64,000 nucleotides of DNA, taken from the NCBI RefSeq assembly GCF_902459465.1, contig NC_047062.1, forward strand, positions 3,596,001 through 3,660,000, written 5' to 3'. The translations under genes and the position numbers were made by a program. The notes below the pieces were generated by a model. It was not told where the DNA came from. It did not search any database and saw nothing but the letters and a program-made list of their open reading frames with translations. Positions 12,848-24,284 of the stretch are shown here, in pieces. This stretch comes from Asterias rubens. Its lineage: Eukaryota. Within the stretch, counting starts at the first letter, position 1. Every line of letters starts with the position of its first letter.

Positions 12848-13431
12848 AGTGCAGCTTGCTTATAAAGGACACGAGTGTCAAGACTGGGACTCAAACCACG
12901 CTTTTCTGATCAGATACAACAGAGTCTGGTTCACTTGATCGCTTGGCCATGATATGCCATGATATGCCATCTATATAAAGAACAGACACCAACATGTAAA
13001 CTTTTATCAATACACCACAAGTTTTTCATAGTTTTGTTGCTGCTTTTGTTGTTTTTGTTGCATTGACATGTACATGAACTGTACAAATTAGAAGATGTGT
13101 TTAGGACATATAACACGTTGCCTAACCCCCATGTATAAAATAATTCCAATAAAGATATATTTAATAAGTAAACTAAAGGTGAAGTTCGAGTGTCTGGAGG
13201 AAAAATCCCATTGTCCTGTCACTTCCAATTCAATTCAACTGTATTCTTGTTTATTTTGGCAAAAGCATGTGACCACCGTGATTATTGATGGGTGTATGAC
13301 ACTTTCATGTTTCTGTGGTAAACAATTCAAAGAATTGTCTAACTTCATAGAAATCCAGGGTGGGAGAGAGGGCAAATAGTAGGATTGCTGAAAAAATATT
13401 ACAGTGTTTTTGTTATAGTTACACCGATGTT

Positions 13432-13819
13432 TAAAGACAGTGGACACCATTGGTAACTGTCAAAGACCAGTCTTCTCACTTGGTGTATCCAAACATAATG
13501 CACAAATAATAACAAACCTGTGAAAATTTGAGTTCAATTGGTCATCGTAGTTGCGAGATAATAATGAAAGAAAAAAACACCCTTGTCACTCGAAGTTGTG
13601 TGCTTTCTGATGCTTGATTTCGAGACCTCAAAGTCTAAATCTGAGGTCTTGAAATCAAATGTGTGGAAAATTACTTCTTTCTCGAAAACTATGTTACTTC
13701 AGAGGGAGCCGTTTCTCACATTTTTTTATACTGTCAACCTCTTCCCGTTACTCATTACCAAGTAAGGTTTTATGCTAATAATTATTTTGAGTAATTACCA
13801 ATAGTATCCACTGCTTTTA
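13432..13819 (-). mobile_element. Kolobok-like MITE family A (A1)
   Basis: TTAAAGACAGTGGACAC ... GTATCCACTGCTTTTAA. Confidence 0.85.
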
Positions 13820-13942
13820 AGCACTGTATACTCAATACTTTACTGAATTCTGAGAGAAAACAAAATCCACAGGCAAATCACTGGGTGGGATTCGAACCCA
13901 TGAACTTTGCATTGCTAGAGCCTGAGATGTCTTACCACTGGA
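13820..13942 (-). mobile_element. tRNA-derived SINE-like element
   Basis: GGGATTCGAACC (reverse B box), and body is the reverse complement of 14460-14590. Confidence 0.6.
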
Positions 13943-14459
13943 TAAATAAATGCATTATGTGAGGAGTGTTATTTTTTGTAAAGACATTTTGACAGACGAT
14001 GAATGTAGATGAGGGAAGATTGATACATTATAGTAGATACTTTCATTCATTAAGACCAAGAATTCATTAGGACCTGAAACATAGTGGCTGAACTGTTTGG
14101 GTGTGGGGAGGGGGACACAATGGATGTGTGATGGCCAATGAATTGCATGTTTGACTGTGTTTCATACATTTAGTGTGCTAGTATTGCTTAATAAGATTGC
14201 ATCATTGTCCAATCTGTTGTGATTTTCATTCATCTTTTTAATTATAGCTGTCTTAGTGCAGTTCATGGAGTCTGAGAAGTGGTATGAAAAGCTTTTATGC
14301 AGCTGGTAGCTAGGACTCAAAGACTCCAGCTAGGCGGTGCTATCTTCTCAAAATGTTTGTCATGTACATAAAAAATATACTAGGAACATAAAAAAATAAC
14401 ATCTATCTGTGCGGTACCCGCTGCCAAAACATAGGATTCGAACTGCCTCTAGCTACCGG

Positions 14460-14650
14460 GCAATCTCGATAGTCTAGTTGGTAAAACACTGCTTTAGAAT
14501 TGCAGGGGTTGTGGGTTTGAATCCCTCCCGAGTAAAATGCCTGTGATATTTGTAAACAGGACTCGTGAAAGTACTGAGAATACAGTGCTTACACAAATCG
14601 GTGTATGGGTTACAACCAAAATTAATATTCTTTATCCCTGATGCAAATTT
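14460..14650 (+). mobile_element. tRNA-derived SINE-like element
   Basis: A-box-like TAGTCTAGTTGG and B-box-like GGTTTGAATCC. Body shared with 4018-4143, 13820-13942, 35380-35487 and loosely with about 19600-19690. Confidence 0.6.
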
Positions 14651-16053
14651 GACATATATTATAACAAAAGTTAAAAAGGTTTTTAGTTTAAAGTTTACTT
14701 GGGATAGAGGAGTTTTTCTTGGGGGAGGGGGAAGGGGGAGAAACCAGGGCAGTATTTATTTGTCCTCTCTTTTAAAATGACCATTAATCAATAAAACCAA
14801 AAGTTTGAGTAAAAAGAGTGATTACAAAGGTAAGTATTAGCATACAATACAACAATAAAAACCTGCCACCTCACTGGCCTTCATCACTTAAATTCGGTGA
14901 ACATCTAGGTCAGCCAGTTAACTGGGCCATGTGATTCCAAAAGACTACTGTGGAATAAATCAAAACAAAAGGTCACCATTCACAGTATACAGAGATAATC
15001 ATGTTTGAGGGTTCCAACAACTTTCGGTTTATTATTTCCGGCTGTTTAGTATCTAAGGAGGCAATTTCACCAGGTGCGCTTTTTTGGTCGCTAGATACAT
15101 GGGGTGTAAAATTACACCCTGACTTTGTGTTTTCGAGGAAGCTTGAGCCTTTTGTTTGGCTGTGTGTTGATGGTGTTGACTCACTGAATATAATGCAGAC
15201 TAGTGATTCTGTGTTTGTCGCTTAACTTTGGGTGTTTTGTTCTTGTTTGTCATGAAATATGACAAAGGTTGTGCAAGGGACTTGTAATTCAAGAAAGTGA
15301 AAAACATGGTCAGAATTTGTTTGGGGGGGGGGGGTGCTGTATTGTGGAGTTTGGTTTAAAGGATTTGGGTACTTCAAATTTTGGTTGGATACAATGACTT
15401 TAGCTAGATATAAAAACCCACTTTTGAAAGTAATTTCACCTGATTGGTGCGCACATTTCAAAAATTTGATTTTGATGGAATTAAAATAGTGACCTTTAAA
15501 GACTAGTGATGAAAACATTATTGCGAATGCATTTTTTGTCGATGAGATGGTTGTTTATAAAATTTATTTTTCATTTGGTAAACTTGTTTGGCATTTGTGG
15601 CTCTATTCCGTCCACTTGACTGAGCTCTAGAGCTTGGTTTGCGGACAACAAAACACTCGCATTTGAAATCATTAAACAATGATTGTTACCTCTTTTTCTC
15701 AAACATTTCTTCAATATCATCAAAGCATGTGTGAAATACATTATGACAAGTTTTTATTTTGCCATGATCCCAGGGAATGTTTTCTCGTAACTTAAGGTGT
15801 GAATTACAAGTGGACAACAGCGATTTTTGTGACTTTAATTAGCATTGTAATCACACCATTCTTGTGATTTGATTTGTACAGATTTGTTTCACCCTGTATG
15901 GTTGAAGATAAAAACTCCACTTCAGTATTTAATACCCATCAAAATAAGTAAAATAAGTAGGAAAAACTGTAGTTGGTAAACTTGCGAGTGCAAAACTCTT
16001 TTGGGAGAGGTGTGGTCTTGACACTTCAAAAAGTAAACTCTGATCACCATTGA

Positions 16054-16203
16054 GAGAATGTTTGACTGCTGAGGTTTAAGAAGGGCTGGAAAGAATGTTT
16101 GACTGCTGAGGTTTAAGAAGGGCTGGAGAGAATGTTTGACTGCTGAGGTTTAAGAAGGGCTGGAGAGAATGTTTGACTGCTGAGGTTTAGGAAGGGCTGG
16201 AGA
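16054..16203. repeat. Minisatellite, 37-bp unit x4
   Basis: GAGAATGTTTGACTGCTGAGGTTTAAGAAGGGCTGGA repeated nearly perfectly. Confidence 0.95.
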
Positions 16204-17010
16204 GGTACACAATTGGGCCCTAGGAAGAATCCAAGCTACTTTTGACAGGTGATGCATGGGAGTTGTCTGCAGGCTGGGCCTGTGTGTGCTGGTGGTGTGT
16301 TAATGCTGTGGTGAGCTGCTATTGGAAGGGTGCATGGGCTTGAGTATGGTGACTAAATGTCCTTGATGAAGATAACCAAAGAGTTTTATTAGTTCTTATG
16401 ATCCACATCACCATTCGAATTTTCAAACATCACTGAAGTAAACAGGTTAGTAATTCCTGTCATAAGTAGGTTTCCTTTATTTGCATCATCGTTTATTGTA
16501 GTGATCCAGAAAGAGAAACATGAAGGTTTATTTTAAACACCATCTTGTTATAAATGGGTTACAACAAAGAACTCTGGCAGATTGCAGTTTTATAGGTAAA
16601 TTCTTAAATTTCTGAAGGCACTCATTTTCCAATAGATGAGTCCTTAAGAAAGTGAGCAGGTGGGATGGGTGGATCTTTTTTTTTTTTCAGTTCAATTATA
16701 TAAAATCATGGCAATGTTGGATTTATAGCTCATTTGAGTTACAGAAATTTCCCGTGGACGTTTATGACATAATGTGTGTTTCAAATTTCAAAATAGTAAG
16801 GATCTCTTTTTTGTGTCAGCAAAGTAACCGGTGTTCAGTAAGCCAGGCTTGACTTAGACATTAACCAGTTCACCATACGTGAGCTACAATCTGCAAGTTT
16901 AAAGTTCACAAAAGGAGAAAACACATTAAAAATTGTTTTTTTTTAAATAAAATGTTATTGAAAGCAGGTAGTGTTCTAGACCAACCCCTCTATCCGCACC
17001 TGTATCTATT

Positions 17011-17405
17011 CTACAGTGTGCACACGGGGAAAAGTGTGAACCAAAACAAAGATATTGACAAAAAAAAGGGACTGCCAACATAGGACTAGATAGCTAAGTT
17101 AGTAGATCATTGACACAGTAATCCAGCGGTCGTTGGTTCAAATCCTGCTCTAGTCAATTAGTCTTTGCTCAATCCCAAAACAAGTTTCTGTCTGGGAGTG
17201 GAATCTTTTTCACAGTGTGCACATAGGGAAAAAATGTGTATTGGAACAAAGATGTTGACGAAATAGGGACTGCTAACAGAGGGCTAGAGAGCTAAGTTGG
17301 TAGAGCATTGGCACGTTAATCCGAAGGTCGTTGGTTCAAATCCCGCTCTAGTCAATTATAGTCTTTGCTCATCCCCAAAATATGTTTCTGTGAGAGTGGA
17401 ATCTT
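17011..17405 (+). mobile_element. Tandem pair (about 195-bp period) of tRNA-like (GTT anticodon) SINE/pseudo-tRNA units
   Basis: Both units read ACAGTGTGCAC..GGGACTGC..AGCTAAGTT(A/G)GTAGA..GGTTCAAATCC.GCTCTAGTCA. The second (17282-17354) folds as an imperfect cloverleaf with C at position 33 and mismatched anticodon and T stems. Confidence 0.7.
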
Positions 17406-18473
17406 CTGCATCTTCTTCTTCTTCTGAACTTAAATAAGTGAGTTTGGCTCAGGGGTCATGAACTGAGCTCACATAACACCCACTGGAAATTAAGTAACCT
17501 TGCAGAATGAGGGACAACACTCCCATGTAAAGAGTTGTTGATACAGAAACTTGTGTCCATAATGACACTTATAAAGTTGCCAGCCCTTGTTTGGGAATTA
17601 AGGGGGGATTGAGGATTCCTTTGAGGCAGTGAAATTGTAAGGATTCACTGATAAAAAGACGCTGTTGGAAATCACGGCACTTTGGGTATCAAAGTGGACA
17701 AATAACAAAACATTTGAGATGTTAGTGACCACAATTGCCTCTTATTGCTCCGCCTAGGATATGAGGTTTTTTGTGTCACCGGAACAATTCTGATCCCCGC
17801 ACTAAATAAGCAAATTGAAATGAAGATAATGCTTCATTTGTCCCCCATTAAATGTGGTTTGCGCTTGTAACACCCTGTGTTGGTAACCGTCTCTTGTCTT
17901 CTCGCTGGGCATCTTCCCACAACCCTTGCCAACTGTCAGTTCAAATAACCATCCTGAACTGTTATCAATAATACATCAAAGTTTGCCTAGGTGCCGAGGT
18001 GTCCTCCAGACATTTGGGAACAATACAGCAATTGTTCTCAAAGGGACCGATCAATCCAAGCGAAACATCCTTGTCAGGGCTGTATCAGGAGTCTCCACGT
18101 TCCCTTAAGATTGAGACCATACTCTTTAATCCGTTGCACTCTTTTCTTCCAGGTAAAATAGACAGGGGGAATCCATGTGAGATAGAAGCTATTAGTTAAA
18201 TCTGTGAATAAGCATCAAGCTGTTATGACACATAAATATCTATCCATGCAGCATGGACTCATTGTTGATAATACCCCATTTTGGTTTGTTGACAGTTCAA
18301 TCTATTTCAAAATGTTTGACAGTTACATAATCAATTCACAATCACTTCTATATGTTGCATATTACCATCTAAGATCTTCTGATGGTATTCTGGAGCCTCT
18401 TGCGCTATTGACAATTTCAGGAAGCGCAGTGCACTTACAGGCATCTAAAAAGAGGAGTAAAAATGCACCTAAA

Positions 18474-18644
18474 GGGCCAGTCACACTGCAACAAAAACGA
18501 TAACGCTCACGACGCAAAGAGAATGCATTCTATTGGTTGAACTGCTCCATGCAGAATACGCGCACGCTTATTCCACCAATCAAAGGCATGCATTTTGAAT
18601 GTAGTCATTATCGTTTTTGAGTATCGCTGCAGTGTGACTGACCC
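18474..18644. mobile_element. MITE, Harbinger-like
   Basis: GGGCCAGTCACACTGCA ... TGCAGTGTGACTGACCC inverted termini. Confidence 0.7.
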
Positions 18645-21600
18645 CCAGAATAGTAGAAATTTTAGACTCGCATTTTGAAGAGGTGCGTTCTGTTTTTTGC
18701 AAGGGGTCAATAGATGCGTTTGCAAGGGGTCAACAGATGTGATGATCTAACTAGGATTTAAGAGTTCATAGAATGCAAATACAATCAACAAAATAATATT
18801 TTCTTCGAAAGATGATCAGAGCCCAAAAGTAATACAAAATGTAAGTTGTTGCACCTCCCATACTTTTTAGAACAACATTGATTGGTTTTTTTCAACACAA
18901 TGCTGATTTCTAGGCAAAAGTATAGAGAAAGATCCAATATAAGTCCAAGTGAAAGTTTCAGCGGAACACAGTCGCTGAAAAACAGTGAAAAGCTGTCACA
19001 GTATTTTCACAAGAGTTTCAAATCCATTCATATCTAGGGAGGAAACAACAGAAACAATTTCTGGCTGCAGCATTCGCGAACTGACACCAACCTTCAGACA
19101 TATGAGAAACCACTATGAGAAACCACTTTTGCAAACTATATCCCTCCTGCACCCACAAATAAGATTGTTAAAAATGTACACATAAAGTGGTTAGATACAT
19201 GAAATAGTCCCCAAATGAAACTTTAAAAACCCAAATAAATAAATAAATAAACAAACAAACAAATTGTGTCTTTTCAACTGCTTGCCCCTATAAAAGTGTT
19301 CGGTTATGCCACTGCTGAATGTTCCCACCAGGGGGAAAAACTCAGGGGCAAAATCAATTAGAACATATAAAACATCAAATAAAAAGGAAGTAATGAAATA
19401 AGGATCACATTGTAGCAGATGTAAGTGTTGAATTCACTCATTCAAAGTTCCCACAAACTTTATAGTTCATCAGAATTACACAGACCCAAAACAAAGTGCA
19501 TTGGAGTTTTGAGTTTGGTAGTACAACATGTATTGGCAAGTGGAGTACATCCAAGTTTGTATAGTGTCCTCACGTGAGAAATGTACTAACTTTTCTTAGA
19601 ACTGAGTAAACAGTGCTTTGCACACAATTTTGTATGGGTTAAACCATGGAGCATAACCAAATACACATGTACATGGACTATCCCTGATGTATATTGAACA
19701 CTTATTATAATACACTAACTATTTGTTCATTAGAAAATCTTACGTTTAAAAAGTTGTTTTGTTCAGCCAGTGGTTTCATTTTCCACTGGTTTCAAAAATC
19801 GACCAAGACTTCCGAGTCTTCAGTGTAATAATTGAATTAAAAGAGCCACGTATTTATTAATAATAGATCAGCATCTTCGTTCTTCCATACATCGGATGAC
19901 TGGACACTACTGAATGGTTGATTAGTGCACTTTGACTGATGGGTTCTGCACTAGGGCTCCATGGAATGGGTGTTGTCATTGGGGATTATTGGCGTTATGG
20001 AAATCTTTCCGGGATCTGTCACAAAGGAGCGTCTCTTGTCCTTCAGAGCCCCCTGGAGCTTGGCAGAAGTTGTTGTGTAAAAAAGGAGTCGCTGAAGATG
20101 TCTTGTGAGAAACTTCTGTCTGTCTGGCACTGGAATGAAGCCAAGAATAGTCACCAGTCATGTGTGGGAGGGTGTGGAGAAGGGGGGGGGGGTTGGGAGA
20201 TGAGAACTTGGATGTCATTCATTCAGTATGTTCCCGTTTTGTCATGAGTTGTTTATCACTGTTTGATCCCTTTGCTGCATGCTCTGAAAGAAGAAAAGAC
20301 AGGAATGTATGTGGGGGTGGGCGCGCCCCCCTTTCTTTAGTCTAAGGTCTTAATGTTATGCACTATTTTTAAGAAGGTTGAGGGATCTGGAGGGTAAGCC
20401 CCAGTGGGGGAGTGGTTAAGCCTTCGAGGGGGGGGGAGACAGACAACAATTCACAAAAGCTGTATTAACTCAAATAACAGTGACAATAAGGCAAGGAATG
20501 TTCATGTCTGCAAGGGTGGGGGGTTGTTACCCCCCCCCCCCAGGGATTAGGGGAATAAGATTGCATATACCCTCAACCAGTTTCATCACCTTCTTGTTCG
20601 CACAGATTGTCATAACTCCATGAAATCTAAATATTATGACAGTGGCGTAGCCAAAAGTTCAAATTGAAAGGATGTCATTCATGTTGTGTATGTTTATTTC
20701 ATATGAGACCTGGTAACCTCTTTTACGAGACCCTTTGAAAATAATCAGTGTAACCTTAGATTCAATGTTTGGATCTTGTGCGGAATAACATTAGTACATG
20801 TACATCCAAAATGTCAAGTGCAACAAGGCTTGCACTTTTGTCCCGATAAGAATCCAATGTTTGTATTGTACCTATATGTACTATTTAGCCCATAAACAGT
20901 ACACTCTATTAATACTAATGTTTTCTCGTAGATACTTCAATATTAATTCCTTCCGTGTCTGGGAACAGTATTTCCTCTTTGGGGCTCTTTTTTTGTTCCT
21001 GGCTCGGTATGAATGGTCTTCCGTTATATCGAGTTGTTTAATAATAGCATTGGAGTGGTGCTTCAGACGGATGATCTCACGCTTGGCCTGAGGGACAGGT
21101 AATGGGTTTGCAAACTGAGAGAAAAAAAGTGTGTTGGAGCACGTCAGAGGAATCGGTAATCCCACTGCTATGAAGTCTAGATCAGTCGATACCAGCGTTA
21201 CCAGCGACTAGGGACTGATGATGTCATGATTGCCACTAGCTTTATTAGTCCCCAGTCATCCTTTCTAACCAAGTAACCTGTCTTAGTGCTGAATTAGATG
21301 TAGGAAATGCAAATAGGGTTTATCTCCTTATATGAGACTAATCACAGACAAGTCAGAACTTGTCATCCTGATACATGTACTGAATCTCGATCCCATTCAA
21401 ACAAAATTTTACATCTCGTAGGAGATTGAAAATGAAGCCTAATTTCATGCAAAGGGTTTGATACATAATTCTTGATTGATATACTGGTAGTAAGGTTTGC
21501 AGTAACCTGGTGATATCTCTAACTGAGTTGGGGTGGTTCTGATAAGAAAAAAAACTGGCCAAAAAAACTATGACTTATGTAATTTATCAGCCAAAAATTA

Positions 21601-22489
21601 TTCAGCACCACCAAGAGTGCAACCTGTTTTCAATGCTTATTATGCCTGGCCAATGTAAACTTACAAAAAAAGCATTTGTTTCATTGTTGTCTAAAATCCC
21701 TTGTGTAGATTGTCTTTAAAAAGGCTTTCCAATTACACCACGTTAATACAGATTTATTGACAAATAGTATTGAAGTTGTCATTTTTAATATTTATTACAT
21801 TGTTGAAGGCACAATAGATAGTATACATTTAATACAAAATCTTACAGTCTGTTATAATACAATAACAACCTTGAAACACTGTGTATATTGAATGTCGCCA
21901 CAAACGAATACAAACTTCAATCAAACAAGAAGCTGAAATCTGAGCCAAAAATTTAACTTCTGTTTTGTAATTCGATTCTATACAAGAGATAGTTATAATT
22001 ATATGTACATTGTTTTCATACAATAGAATTCATATTCATATCAGATATTTCTGAAAGGTGTATCAACATTGGTGTTATTTCCAAAAACAATTCACAAAGA
22101 TTGAATGTTCCTATAGTTTTCACATCTCACTAATTGATTGCAGGAAAATAAATCACTGGTTCACTTTCATTCTGTTCCATCAAAGTCCTGCCTCTACATT
22201 CTGTCAATGTTTCAGATTATAATTTGCTGTGCCTAAAACCCAGAACAATGTAGAAACAAGTTCATAAAGTTTGTTCAACTCTCACAGGTATATGCTTTTT
22301 ACAGTGCACATGAAAAGTGCAACACTATATATATATTTCAGGTTGGGGTGTGTATCACTTTCAGTTCATTCATTCATTAGTTCTCGTTTTGATTCTAAGG
22401 ACTCTCAGGAAAGCAAACTTAATCACTGTACATAGCCAAGAATCCAACTGGTAGAAGAAAAAATAGGAAGCTCCAGAAAGAAGGAAGTT

Positions 22490-22650
22490 TTATTTTTAGA
22501 TGTGGGAGGAAAACCTCAGTATTCCAGGGAAACCCACGACATCAGGTAGAAAGGCCTACAGAAAACCAATCCAGATAGTGAACCCTAAGGGATTCGAACA
22601 AGGGTCCCAGAGACCGAAGGGGAGAAAAGATGTACCACCAATACACCAGC
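22490..22650 (-). mobile_element. SINE-like fragment
   Basis: TGTGGGAGGAAAACC..GGGAAACCCACG core plus reverse B-box GGGATTCGAAC, a typical reverse-strand tRNA-SINE signature. Family not identified. Confidence 0.45.
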
Positions 22651-23466
22651 TCGACCGCCAACCTGACCAATCATCACAACATTCTAGTTGGGTCGGTTTT
22701 TCTGATGTTGAGCTATCACATTGTTGTCAATAAATCAGCCATATTTGTTTTCTTTATTATGCATATCACCATAATGAAAACATTTATGCTTGAAAGAAGT
22801 CGGTGCATAGAAAAGGGGTTTTATGGCTTGAGATATTGTTCCTGAGATTAGTACCAGTGTCTATTAACTTTAGATGATGACCTTAAACCTATCTGAATAC
22901 AAAACATGTACAATCTGAGCATTTCACGAATGAAAATAACTTAATAATGATAATAATAATAAGATAACAATTACAATGCTTTAAAATATAAATGGAAAAA
23001 TAGTTTATATGTACAATATAAATATGAAACTGAGTCAGTTTTAAATAAGACGTTTTGAAAATGAAACAAAAATGTATTAAAAATGTTGATCATATAATTA
23101 TGTGAACAACTACTATTACAAAACATAAATTAATTTATTAACCATTTTATCTGGATTATTTGTTTCAAAACCCTATTGTTGATTATGTGCAAATGTACCC
23201 ATACAACTAAGATTAAAATACTGTGGTTTTAATGAACTAAGCTGATGTTATTGAATTCGGTGACTACAAGAATTATGGAAGACAATTGTTATAAAGTACA
23301 TTTCGTAGCAGAATAATCATTGTATAAAAATCGGAGAGCTAAAAAATGTGTCTTGAGTTGGGAAGTCACACTATACTTTTTTACTTGAGAGTTGGCAAAA
23401 AGCTGACGGATCTTTTGGTCTTTTCCCCTCAAATTTGCTGCCAATTGTATAGTCACTCATTACAAG

Positions 23467-23631
23467 CATGCCTGGAATTCCATATTTTTGTTAAAGGACA
23501 AGGCCACTTTCATTTTGCTAAGGGCACTTCCATTGGCCAAAGCTTAAAGTCTATGGGAAACTGTCAAGGTGGCACGAAGGTCAAGACCAGGGGCCATGGC
23601 CTTGGTGTTCTCCCTGGTAATTCCAGGCCTG
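23467..23631. mobile_element. MITE family C (CAGGCCTG termini)
   Basis: CATGCCTGGAATT ... AATTCCAGGCCTG. Its reverse complement aligns with 52765-53160. Confidence 0.7.
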
Positions 23632-23842
23632 TGTGTGTACTTATTAAGCTTTGACTTGCCAAAATTTGCTGATAATGTTTTGCCACATTTTAATTCTTTC
23701 TTTGCGAAAGAAAATGTTATGATTTGGTCCTGTATAAATGTGACTTTGGTCAAAACTTTGAAAGATATCATGTGATTATTATATTACTAAACAAAATAAG
23801 TTATAAAAATTAAAATGTATGTCTGACTGCCATGTTGTGGAC

Positions 23843-24086
23843 CAGAGTCCAATTTCATTCCTCTGCTTACCATAAGCGAAGAATCTGCGCTTAGGGAGTT
23901 CCGTGCTGACACCAAGCGTATTTCACTGGTTAGCAGGCAACTTTTGTGCGTGCCTACTTGACATTACCAGGCGCTCTTTGCTCACCACACAGCTAGCACA
24001 GAAATTTGGCGCTTGAAAAGTAAGTGGAGTATGGTGATCGTAAGCACATAATTCGCCGGTAAGCAGAGCCATGAAATTTGGCCCTG
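23843..24086. mobile_element. Harbinger-like MITE in the presumed P450 3' UTR
   Basis: CAGAGTCCAATTTCATTCCTCTGCTTAC ... GTAAGCAGAGCCATGAAATTTGGCCCTG. Ends 20 bp from the P450 stop codon. Confidence 0.75.
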
Positions 24087-24105
24087 ATCTCAGGATGGCT
24101 TGTGA

Positions 24106-24284
24106 TCACCGGGGTGTGGTGCAGATCTTGAAGGGGCTTGGATTCAGGCTGATCCCATAGTGTTTCTCAATGCTGGGTTGTGGATTCTCTGGAGCAGCGC
24201 TGATCTTGAAGGCATGAAGCATAGAGGAGAAGAAGAGGAATAACTCCATCTTGGCAAGATTTTCCCCGGGACAGGCACGACGAC
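24106..24284 (-). CDS. P450 exon 3 (heme Cys, C-terminus GRRACPGENLAKMELFLFFSSMLH..CTTPR*)
   Basis: Acceptor ttctcag at 24285-24291, in-frame TGA at 24106-24108. Missed by the ORF track. Confidence 0.93.

Noticed and set aside
16634-16655. GATGAGTCCTTAAGAAAG as a hammerhead core
   Set aside because: It lacks the leading CT, and helix II cannot close (no GGAC).
17282-17354. Functional tRNA-Asn(GTT) gene
   Set aside because: C at position 33, mismatched anticodon and T stems, and it is embedded in a repeated unit, so it is SINE-like or a pseudo-tRNA.
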